From Camelus dromedarius (lineage: Eukaryota): a DNA stretch of 64,000 bases. Below the pieces are notes generated by a model. The model ran no database searches, was not told the DNA's origin, and saw nothing but the letters and a program-made list of their open reading frames with translations. The stretch lies in NCBI RefSeq assembly GCF_036321535.1, contig NC_087437.1, forward strand, positions 113,338,001-113,402,000, given 5' to 3'. A program made the translations under genes and the position numbers. Shown one piece after another: positions 1 to 11,090 of the stretch (the stretch's first letter is position 1; every line of letters starts with the position of its first letter).

Positions 1-802
1 GGGGCACCCCGTCAGGTTCCTTCCCCCAGCAGGCTACCGTGTGGGGGCCTGACACCGCTTTCCCCCTCCTGTCATTTCTCTATCAATTTATTCTTTGTGG
101 AAGTGGCTACACACATCCCTTCTAAGCCTCCACCTTGAGTTAGGTTTCACTGAGGCTTCTCGCAAGGATATTCATGATTATCTGTTTTTCTCTCGTGATC
201 CATCTTTTTGGGGAAAAGCTGCAGCCAAAAACCCAGGATGGGCGAAAAAAGCTGTCTCCCCCGCAGGTGGAACTCCGGGAAGCTGGGTGGAAGAGAGCCA
301 GAATCACACTAGAGGAAATTCTCTTCCTGAGCAAATTTCTACTTAGAAAAGTCTGATTGAACACATTGGGGAGCAAGGGGTAAACAGGCCGTGCTCCGTG
401 ATCCAAGAGCCAGAAGTGACCTCGCCGAGATGACCCAGTCAACCTGGTCACTTTGTAGATGAAGCAAACGAGGTCTGGGTAGATGTCGTGCCCAAGGACA
501 TGTGGTTTACTAGGGATCTGTTACGCCATTTAGTTGTATTTACACAACACACACAACAAAAAATTATCAGGTCCTCCCTGCCAGCCGGGGAGCCCGTAAC
601 GGGAGGGATGGCGTCTGTCACTCACCGAGGGCTGCGCTCCCCTCACACTGGCCTTGCGGTGACTGTGGGGTAGGGTTACTGTCCCTCTTTTGCAACTGGG
701 GATACTGGACCTGGGGAGGTTGACTGACTCACCTGGGGACCCACAGCTGGCCTGTCACCAGCACGGTGCTCAGAACATAGCAGGCCCTCAGAAACAGTTG
801 TA

Positions 803-849
803 GAATGAATGAATGAATGAATGAATGGGAGAGTGAGTGAGTGAGTGAA
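803..849. repeat. (GAAT)n/(GAGT)n microsatellite, likely a MIR/L2 tail
   Basis: Seen directly. Confidence 0.85.
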
Positions 850-1134
850 GTGATGGAGCTGGGAATCAAATCCGGGTCTGTCTGGCCCCAGTGACCAGGC
901 ACTGCCTTCTGCTGGAACACAAGAACATCATCACGGCTGCCACTGATGGACCGCAAGCCCTCCAACAGATCCGTTAATGTAAATAAACGGCTGAGAGAAT
1001 AACAGAGTTGTTGCTCATCTGAAGCTCAGTTTCCTATGGATAAAAGTACTTTCTTCATAGAGATGTCTTAGGGTTTAAATAAGATGTGAAAGATACAAAA
1101 AAATTCACGTGTGTTACTGCACACTATAAAATGA

Positions 1135-1330
1135 TTATGGCATGGGCTTTGGAGTTGGCTAAAACTAGGTTTGAGTCCTAAAACCTGCCTTTACTGGCTA
1201 TGTGGCCTGGGACAGGTTAATTGGCCTCCCCCTAGCCTCAGTTTCCACATCTGTAGAATGGGAGTAATAATAGTACCTATTTCATAGAGTCTTTGTAAAA
1301 AGATGAAATGATACACATTATACTTCAAGC
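1135..1330 (+). mobile_element. MIR SINE
   Basis: core gcctcagtttccacatctgtagaatgggagtaataatagtacct. Confidence 0.8.
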
Positions 1331-1867
1331 ATCTCATGTTAATGAATAGCAACTACTTATATTATCTGTGAAGTGAAGCAGAAAATTTAACAAAAAATAT
1401 AAAGGTGATAAAGTAAAGCAGACTACTGTTATATTGTGCAAAAAAAAAAAAATCCAAAGTAGCTTTCTGAATTAAATAACATTTCTGTCTTTTAATTCTG
1501 AATTCAGATCAACCTCAAATACCTCTTTCTATGGTGTTGATTATGACTACACATGGGAACTTCACACTGCACCTGCTGAAGTTAGTAATGAAAGGAAATG
1601 TACTGAACCTTCACAGTGTAAAAAGGGTTCAGTTTCCTGAGCTCTTGGTTCAAAAGTTCAGTGGCTAACAGCTTTTGCTACAAAACCCAGCTATAAACCT
1701 ATCAGGGAGGTATTTTATGTTAAGTATTGGTGTCTAAAATGATATTCTTTTAAGAGTTGAAGCTAAAACAAATCAGATGGGAAACTACCTTAAACATTTC
1801 TGAACAGTAGCTGCTCCAAGAAGTCAAAAAAGGTTACAGAGTAAAAAATGTACTAATAAACAGTTAC

Positions 1868-2416
1868 TGTGGTAGGCAGCCTGTAAGACAGCCCCCCAGG
1901 GACCTCCACCCCCCAGGATTCATGCCCTGGTGTAAGCCCCTGAGTGTGAGCTGCACTTACTGACTCACTTCTAACGAAGAGAATCCAGTAAAAGTGGTGG
2001 GAAATCACTCTTGAGATTAGGTCACAAAAAGGACCATGCATTCCATTTTATCTCGCATGCCCTTTCTTGCTTGCTCTGATGGAAGCCAGCTGCCAAGTTG
2101 TGAGCTGCCCTAAGGAGGGGCCCGTGTGGCAAGGGATTGAGGAAGGCCTCTAGCTGGTAGCCACCAAGGAACTCAGTCCAACAACCCACCAGAAATGCAA
2201 TCCTGCCAACAACCACGTGAGTCAATCTAGAAGTAGACACTCCTTCACTTGAGCCATCGGATGAAATGGCGGCTCATGCTCTATTGCAGACGTTGAGGTA
2301 GGGGCACCAAGCAAAGCCATCCCTTGATTCCTGACCCAGAGAAACTGGGAGATAATCAATGTTTATTGTTTTCAGTCTTGAGTTAGTTTGTCACACAGTA
2401 GTAGGTAACTAATACA
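1868..2416 (+). mobile_element. MaLR solo LTR (MLT1E/F-like)
   Basis: TGTGGTAGGCAG start, gccaacaaccacgtgagt internal motif, ..gtaggtaactaataCA end. Confidence 0.8.
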
Positions 2417-4630
2417 CTAACCTACATTGTGTGTTTACTATGTTCCTGTCCCTAGGACAAGCATTTTATGCACATCTTAAGGTGTACTATGCAACCCCAT
2501 TTTAAGGTAGGCAAGCTAAGGTGCAGTAGGGTGAATGGCTTCCCCAGAGTCACACCGTGTAAGTGGTAAAGGTGTGCTTAAGATCCACTCCAGTAACTCT
2601 TACGCTGCACTGCCTCCTCATGTACACACATCAGTGGGGAACGGGAGTATATTAAACTCCATGAAATAAATATAAATAGTAAAATAAATATAAATAAAAC
2701 ATAAATAAAAACACCTACACAAACTAAATCAAATATAGTAAAGGATTTCTACAGTGACTGAAATCTATACAACATGATGTCAACTCTCTCTCCAACATCA
2801 AAGACTGAGTTGAGTTCATTAATATTTTCCTGATGTTATATTTTGAAAATGTTTCTGTTCTGCCCAAGAAGGGTCGAGGAGCTATTTTTACTTCCTATTA
2901 CCATGGCAGAAGCCTGCCAACGCCCAGAGAACACAGCAAAGCCATTTACCGCCTCATTAATTGTCAGCGTCCCCATGTTGTGACAGTGATTAGTATTCAC
3001 AAAGGGAAAAATTCTCTGTCACAACTGAGTTGTATTTTGAATAACTGGCACTTCCCCTCAGCCCTTGAAATGAGTCCTCACAATTTTGCACAGAAAATGC
3101 ACACTGAGGAGTCTATTCCCGCCTCTGCCATCACCACCCTGCCCCCGGCACACACACTGATGTGGGCACAACAGCTCTGATGGTAACAGGAGGGGTGCAT
3201 TCACCGGACAGGGCAGACAGGCCCCTCATTGGCATGTCTGAAAAAGAGTGGACTGTGTCATCTGATGACATTTATAGAAATGAAAGAAAGAATATTGCCT
3301 GAAACATAAACCCGGGAATCAAACAGCCTCTGCTTTAGCTATTCTGTTATATCACAAATCTTTCTTTTTTTTTTTTGAGTCCCTTATGTAATTGTCTTTG
3401 GGGCTTGAAAAGTCTGTAGGTGCTGGCAATAACATTTAAAGCTACAGCTACTGAAGAAAAAACGCTTGGAGCAATGGAGCTGAAAAGAGGACCAAATTTT
3501 GCTAGGGAAGGGAGTGGTGAGAACTCATAAGAACCCCATGAATGTAAAAAAAAAATGGGGAGGGGTTTATTTAAGAGTCAGAAATTCTAAAATTAGAGAA
3601 ATAGTGGGCACTTCTAAAGCAAACTTTGCACAAAGATAATATGCAGGCTTTTCTTTCTTTAAACTTAAAACATCCTGAACTTTCCCAAACAAATTAAACC
3701 AGACCATATTGGTTTAATATCTCTCCACCCTTAAGGAGGTTTCAGGGGAAATTTCATGTGTAATTGAAGTCTGAAAAACCACGTGCCTGTGACACCAGGA
3801 TGAAAAGTGAAAACGGCCTGGAAGGGCTGAGGTTCATGCGGTAACAGAACCCACCTGTTACCCTCTTGCTGGAATGTCACATTTACAACAGGCTGCCGCA
3901 GGATGACTGGTCACGGGGACAGGCAGATACACAGTCAAGCATATATAACTTTACAAGAGGAAACTGCATATCAGCCGTGCCCCCTTGGATCTTCAAAATA
4001 TTGCAATCATCAGATTACTACTGAGTGGTATCTTGTCTACCGAAGTGTAAGCTTTGGGAGGACAAGCCTGGGACCTGACGCCGGGATGGAGGGTGAGCAG
4101 CACCAGGAGAGGATGTGTACAGAGGCCCCAGAGACAACCCCCTGTCGAAGTAAATGTTCTTATCTCCCGTGTCACTTGCCCAAAGGCTGGACCCTTGTGC
4201 TGACAGCCAATCATCCCACTTCCTGGCCACAAGGTCAAACACCACTTAGGAGAAGGGAGGAGCCAGAACCAGAGGCTGACTCCCATTTTAGACTGGAGGA
4301 AATCAAGGCACAGATCTGGCTACAAGTGGAACCAAGGATCAGCTATTCAGTATCTTTTCATGATACAACAATGACTCTGGTCAGGCAAGACCCGCTTCTG
4401 GCTAGACGATGGTCCTCGACGTTGGCTCCCAATTAGAATCACCTTGGGGAGCTTTCCAGGTGATTCTTTCCAGGCGGCCCCCAGCCTCTGAGACTGGGAC
4501 TGGCCTAGAGCAGCCTGGGCATGGGAGCTTCCCGAACTGCTCAGGAGTCATCACTGATGCAAAGAATTTAAGGACACCACTCAAGCTGCTTCCATGTCCA
4601 TCAGAATATTTCACGTTATTAAAAGAAAGG

Positions 4631-4808
4631 AGGGGGAAGGCATAGCGGTAGAGTGCGTGCCTAGGATGCACAAAGTCCTGGGTTCAATTCCCAGTTCCTC
4701 CATTAAAATAAATAATTAAATACATGCATACATAAATAAACAAACCTAAGTACCTCCCCCGCCAAAACAAACAAACCAAAAAAAAAAAAAATCCACAAAA
4801 AAAAAAAA
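4631..4808 (+). mobile_element. Camelid tRNA-derived SINE (Vic-1-like)
   Basis: Head ggcatagc..ggtagagtgc..gtcctgggttcaattcccag (B box), (taaa)n segment, aaacctaagtacctccc, A tail. Confidence 0.85.
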
Positions 4809-5562
4809 GGAAAGTATCACAAATCTTACGTGGCCATTTAAGAAAGGTGAGTTTATTCACTAGAAGAGTAAATTTTTCTATGATTAGCATTTTCCAAATT
4901 AGCCTTCAGGCAAAGCTTTGTCAATCAAATATACATTCATGTTTTAGACAACAGAAAAATGGTATTTGTTTCCATTACTCTATCGAACTACATCTACTGT
5001 CTGGAAACTAACAGAATATTATTTGAGAACTCTAAATTTCTGGTTAACTTGGTGACAACGGAATAAAGTCTTATTCCAGAGACCCAGTGAACCACTGCCA
5101 ACAATCCAAAGCACATGTAATTAGTGGTTCAAAGCACTGCCTGGCTTTCTCAGTAAAAAGAAAAAAGGTTCACAAAAAGAGTACGGGAATCAAATATGCT
5201 AAGCAAATATCTGTACAGCAAAAAAACTCCTTATTTTAATAAAAGGTTTCATTCATGTGTAATGGTGTGAAACTCTCTAATAATATTACTTGAAATTAAT
5301 GATACAGTTTCAGTTATTTTTTAGATAAACACTTAATGAACACAGTCATCATAAATTATTTACAGCACTGATGATGATCTGGCTAATAAAACAAATTTAC
5401 ACATCAGATCCAACTGTTACTGGTCAGAAAACGGGCTTCTGATGTAAATTCCCAAATGAATTGGTAGTTCAGGTCAATTTCTTTCTTTCCTTTAAGATTA
5501 AGTTTAGACAATGATATGAACACATGTAAACAACGCTGACAGTCTTTTTCCTTCACACCAGC

Positions 5563-5866
5563 TGCCACCATCTGAATGTTTGTGTTCCCCCCGAATTCAT
5601 ATGTTGATATCCTAATCCACAGAGGTAACAGTGTTAGCTGTTGGGAAGTGCTTAGGGATCAGGAGGATGGAGCCTTCCTGATGTGATTAGTGCCCTTATA
5701 AAGGAGACCCCACAGAGCTGTCTCATCTCTTCCACCACGTGAGGACACAGTGAAAAGCGTGAAACCTGGAAAAGGGCCCTGACCCATCCATGCCGGCCGA
5801 CAGAACTGGCTATAAGCCACCCAGCCCTGGGTACTTTGTTACCATAGCCCTAACAGGTTACTACAC
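5563..5866 (+). mobile_element. MaLR LTR (MLT1A/MST-like)
   Basis: ctgaatgtttgtgttcccccc.aattcatatgttga, gattagtgcccttataaa, tgaggacacag. Confidence 0.75.
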
Positions 5867-7139
5867 CATCACTCACTCAGGGGACGTCCCCCTCAACAGA
5901 CTGGTTAAAGAGAGGGATGGCCCAGGCCACCAGCACAGGGACTTCTGTTGGCAATGCAGTTAATGGTCCACTTACTCAAGGGTCAGACACCCCTGATCTG
6001 AAGTGGAATCACAGTTTCATCACACCGTCCAAAGGTGACACCCCAGCTTTAAGGAAACAGGGCTTTCAAAATAATAAGGCTGTCAGACTGAAATCTCAGG
6101 AGTCACATCTTCCCACCTAGAGAGATGGTTTTAGCTAAATGAGGAACTATGTTTCTACTGGAAGGCTTACCAATGGTCTCCGGGACTCTGTGGATGGGCA
6201 CCCAAGGCTCAGAGCTCCCCAGCCCACATTCTGAGGCTCTGGTCCCCCGAAAGGTGAGGACAGGCCCTGCTTCACCTGCAACACCACTGTCCCAGTGCAG
6301 ACACCTGCCCGGCGCCCCCACCACGGGAGTCAAGAGCCTCTTAAGGGGCCTCCTTGCTTCCTCTCCTGCCCACCCAACCTCCTTCTCCAAGACATTCTCC
6401 ACCTAGCTCTGCAAGCAGAATAACATCCGAATCTCTGCCATCGCCTCCCAGGCCCCCATGGAAACCATTCCCTGGATACCTCCAACCTGGGCCACCACCA
6501 CTGCCCTCCCTGTGTCCTCTGAACACACTCCATTCATCCCTGCTTTGGAACTTCGGTATTTGCTGTTCCCTCTACCTGGATGCCAGACACACTACAACTA
6601 CACCAGGAGCTTCTCCCTGTCAGCCAAGCCCACGCTGTGCAGAGCGGCCTCCCAGGGCCACCCCATCTAAAGTGGCCATGTGCTGACCCCGTCTGCATGT
6701 CCTCTTGGCCTGCAATGCTCCCAGGGCCCTTCTCTGCCCCCTCCACCTGCCCTGGGCCCTGGAAGGCTGACCCACCCACGGGCTGTATTGCTTGGGCTCC
6801 CTTGCCTCCTGGCTGCCAGCTGGGTTCTGCCACTGAGATGAGAAAACTGGGGCAAGTGGGGGTATTTCTTCCCTGCTACTTCCTGCTTCACCATCTCAAT
6901 TCCAGACCTTCGTGTCCGTAGCTCTGCCAGGAGGCTCCTCTGCTAGGGTGCCAGCGACATGACTTCCTCCCTGCCACCCAACACTCCTCGCTGACTCCCT
7001 CAGTCCTGCCCCAACTAACCAGTTCTTCATTAAAACCTCCTGAACCACCAGAGTGTCCCTGTTAGGCTGTGACTGATACAACCCAGACCCTGCCCTCTCC
7101 TTGTCGCTCTCTGAAACATCACCCTGTGTATGTTGTCCC

Positions 7140-7590
7140 TGCACCGATCACCACCTGAAATCACCTGTTCACTTCCTTTTTTATTGTCTATCCAGGAAGC
7201 TCACCATATTCACCACTCTATCCACTAGGCCTAAAACAGTACTTGGAACGTAGTAAGCATTCGATAAACAACAGAAGAATAAAAGAATAATGAGTGAATG
7301 AACATCAACACATTGTCTCTGCTCAATATAGCACCTTGTGAGTAAGCTGTTCCCTGATCATTTTATGTAAAACAGCCATCTCCCCCCACCTCTCCATCTT
7401 CTCAGTCTAACTTTTTCCTATAGCACATCACCTCCTGACATAATTGACATGTATTTGCTTACTGTCTGTTTCCCACAACAAAAATGCCGGCCCTGAAGGC
7501 AGGGATGCTATTTTATTCACCGCTGCGCCCTCAGAGCCTAGAACAGTGCCTGGCTCATAGCAGAATCTCAATATACATTTGGCAAAAGAA
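7140..7590 (+). mobile_element. Two L2 3'-end fragments
   Basis: gaaggcagggat..ttcaccgctg..gcctagaacagtgcctggctcatag..ctcaata. Confidence 0.65.
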
Positions 7591-8639
7591 TAGCTAGCAA
7601 AGTGGGTGAGATTTTATACAAAGCAATTTCAGGATGGTCCCCAAGAGTTACTGGGGAAACTGTAAACCTACGAATTGCTAGACACCCAAGCGAATAAGCT
7701 GCATCTTACATGATCTCATCTTGCTCCTTTAGAATGACAACCCAGGACCCTTAAGAAAGAGACTTGATATGCTGCTAGACCTAAGCCTCAAGAAGACAAA
7801 AGGTTTTAGAGTAGAATGAGTGAGGCCCTGTATGTGTGCCAATTGTTGCTTTAGAAAGCACACATAGACGATTATCTGAGAGCACAGCCGCTGTAAATCC
7901 TTTCTGAAAGTGGATGAGCATATAAATTATAAATAAATGGGACTCAGGCACACCATTCTCTGTTCCACAGTGGTGTTCCTCTTGGCAGCCGCCTTCAGCT
8001 ACAGTTCATTGACAGTACATGGAGACTCAGCCAAGCACCGAAAGCATCACTTTCTTTGACAGCTGCTCTCCTAAATGGGCCATATCTCTCAAAGACAGGC
8101 TTTATTCTGCACTGCCCACATTGTCCAAATTTTATTCTGCACACATTTGCAGATTTGAAATAAATTCCTCCTCCTCACCACAGCTGATTACTCATACCTG
8201 CCCCCTCACCCTCCAAAGCGTCTAAACTGTGTGGATTTGGGTGGGGGAAATCAACTCACCATGTATTGAGTGTCCCTTATGGTGGCATGTCGCCCATCAG
8301 GGAGCAAGATTCCTGACTAAATATCCTAAAGGCCGAGAAAGTGGGCCCCTTCCCCCGCAACACCATTCGACCAAAACTGGCCAAGAGCTGGATAATGAAC
8401 AACCGCGGATCCTCACCCAAACATTGGCTTTTCTTCCAGTTGTGCAGATTGAGAATGCGGAGACGCGGTCCTATTTATGAACAGTAAGTCACGTCGCCAA
8501 TCAACGTCTGTTTCCCTCTCCCTGTGAATGAGGCGACCCCCTTTTCAAATGAGTAAGTGCCTGTCACGGCCCAAGCCCCCACGCTGACAGTACGAGCTCC
8601 AAGGAGCTAATTACAGGAGCTAATTCATCCCTTGATTGT

Positions 8640-9760
8640 CTCCTCCTACGTCGCCCCCTCTTCCCCACCCCAGCTAACACCTAGGGCAGGGGAGTCGCTG
8701 GGAGGCGGTTACCAGCTGGAAAGGCGAGCCTCTGAAAACCCCCTGGGCGGGCTGTACGCGCGGCCCGGCAGGTGTTCAGGGGACCCGGACCTCGGGGAGC
8801 GTGCCCCCACCCCAGCCGAGACATAGGGGACCGCGGCAGGGCGGCCCAGGACGTCGCCGCGGCCCCGGGGGTCGCCTCCCCGCCCCGCCGGCGGCCCGGG
8901 CAGGGAGAGGCTGCCCCGGGCCGGCCGGGATCTCGGCGCTGCGTCCTCCCGGCAACAAGTGTCCGCCCTCCGCCCGGCGGCCCGCCCCGCCCGGCCCTCA
9001 CCCGGCACAGGCCGTCCACGAACACGCGCGGGTCCAGGTGACAGGCGATGGTGGCGCTGGGCAGGTCCTGCAGGTCCACCTCCTCCATCTCGCAGTCAAT
9101 GAAGCTCCAGTCGCCGCCGCCCTCGTCGGCCTCGGCTGCCCCTGAGAACGGCGCCAAGGGCCGCAGCGTCACCCCGGGCGGCGCTCGCGCCTCGGCCGCC
9201 TCGGCCGCCGTCCCGAACCGGGTCCCGGCCACACCGTCCTCCATCCCGGCGCCCGCACCCGTGCGCCCCCGCCGGCTGCGCCGGGCTCGCGCGGGATCCT
9301 CGCGCTCTCCCGTCGGCCGGCTTGTGAGTTAACCTCCTCGGGCTCGCGTCGCAGCCGGCGGCGGTCACCAGGGTTCCCGGAGACGCGGCCTCGGCGCGCC
9401 AGCCCCGCCCGCCGCTGTTCCGCCGAGGGCGGAGCTCTGGCGGATTTAGCCAAGGGCCCTTTAAGGCTGGTCCCATGGGGGTCATTGTCCCCCGCCCGGC
9501 CAGGAGAGAAAGCCAGTAGAGGCGCAGGATTCTTTCACGTGATACTCATTCTGCCGCCCTCAGCCTGAAGCCTCAGGGCGGCCATGTTGGTTAGGGGCAA
9601 AGGTCTCCAGCCAGTTCCGCTTTTCTGACAGCGGATGCCAGCTGAATGGCGCCGGGCAGTGTCTTGGACGCAGAGATAACAGCTGTAAAGGCAGCGCCTC
9701 TGTGGTTCCCACGCGATGACGTTTTGAGGCACACAGGCCAACTTCGGGGGATTTAAGTGA
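8640..9760. promoter_or_regulatory. CpG island / RCAN1 exon-1 promoter
   Basis: Very GC- and CpG-rich block around exon 1. Contains a GC box (CCCCGCCC ~9403), E-box TCACGTGA 9535-9542 and YY1-type GCGGCCATGTT 9578-9588. Confidence 0.85.
9002..9244 (-). CDS. RCAN1: RCAN1 (calcipressin-1/DSCR1) coding exon 1, 81 codons of the RCAN1-1 isoform; remaining exons lie left of the window
   Basis: Translation MEDGVAGTRFGTAAEAAEARAPPGVTLRPLAPFSGAAEADEGGGDWSFIDCEMEEVDLQDLPSATIACHLDPRVFVDGLCR matches the known RCAN1-1 N-terminus. It ends at a phase-0 donor CGG|GTGAGG (intron starts at 9001 on the minus strand) and lies inside a CpG island. Confidence 0.97.
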
Positions 9761-10424
9761 GATATAGTCCTGGCTATGGTTCCGTGGTCCTTTGCAAGTA
9801 GTTAGATGCTTACCGTATATAGTCAGATATAGCCGCATTAGGGAATTGAACTAGACCATGGTAACGATACCTTACTGTTAGATTTTAGCTTATTAGTCAT
9901 TATATCACTGCTCAAAATTTATATAATCAGACATGCTATTTTGAATTACCGCGATGTACTGTGTACAATGGGAAATAACAAGTGAAACCTTGGTCCTTTC
10001 CTTTGGGGAGTTTATAGACGGAAAGGGCAATGCAGTTCAGTGAAAACCTGAGTCTGAATTTCAGCTTTGCTGTTAATTACTTGGACAAGTAACCTGAATG
10101 TCATATATGAATCCAGTAAAGGACCAGTAAATGGAAGGGCTGTTTATGTGTAGACTTTTTTGGAAGATGTGAAATTAAACCTGCATTTTCTCCTAAAGTA
10201 AGCTTACCCTCTAGTTAGGAACTGTAAGTGATTATACTAAAAAGTTTATCCAACTAACAGCTGAGATTTACTCAGAACCTGCCGAGTGCCGTGGTTGCTG
10301 TTATGACATCAGTGAAGTTTGTGCCTTCTAGGAGTTTAAATCCAAGGAGAGAAGTAATATGTGTGCAAAGATAATATGTGTGCAGAGATAACTCATAACA
10401 TAGAATGTGATGTGACGATCTTGA

Positions 10425-11090
10425 GAAATTGGAACCATCACACATGGTGAGAATGTAAAACAGTGCAGCCACTTTAGAAAAAGTTTGGCAGTTTTTCAAA
10501 AAGTTAAACATAGGGTTGTCACATGACTCAGCAATTCCTCTCCTGGGAATAGACCCTAGAGAAATCAAAGCATATGTCCACACAAAAATCTATATAGGAG
10601 GGTTCATAGCGTCATTATACACAATAGCCAAAGAGTAGAAATAACCCAAAGGTTCAGCGACGGATGAATGTGTAAACCAGATGTATATCCATACAATGGA
10701 TCACTTTTCAGCCATAAAAAGGAATGAAGTACGGATACATGTTATAACATGGATGAACCGTGACAACACAATGGTAAGTGAAAGAAGCCAGTCACAAAAG
10801 GCCACATGTTGTATGTTTCCATTAGTAGGAGGTGTCCAGAGTAGGCAAATTCCTAGAGACAGAAAGCAGCTAGTGGTGACCAGGGGCTGAGAGAGAAGGG
10901 AAGGGGAGGGGAGTAACTGCTAAAGGATATGGGGTTTCTTTAGAGGGTGAAGAAAATGTTCTAAAATTGGATTGCAGTAATGTTTACACAATGTCATGGA
11001 TATACTACAAGTCACTGAATTGCACTTTAAAGGGTGAATTCTATGGTATGTGAATTGTATCTCAGTGAAGCCCGTATTTACAAAAAAAGA
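10425..11090 (+). mobile_element. Old L1 (L1MB-like) 3' end
   Basis: cagcaattcctctcctggga, cagccataaaaaggaatgaagtac, gtgaaagaagccagtcacaaaag, tggtatgtgaattgtatctca. Confidence 0.85.

Noticed and set aside
1594..1638. Short hairpin actgaacctt...agggttcagt; similar 8-10 bp stems at 49612-49639, 51176-51195 and ~57561-57577
   Set aside because: Too short for a pre-miRNA and expected by chance in 64 kb; no family recognised.
3903..4436. 177-aa ORF antisense within RCAN1 intron 1
   Set aside because: No recognisable homology, domain or exon signals; length is compatible with chance.
8681..9001. Continuation of the RCAN1 ORF to 187 aa, and other CpG-island ORFs
   Set aside because: Read-through past the splice donor into a GC-rich intron; RCAN1 similarity stops at DGLCR.
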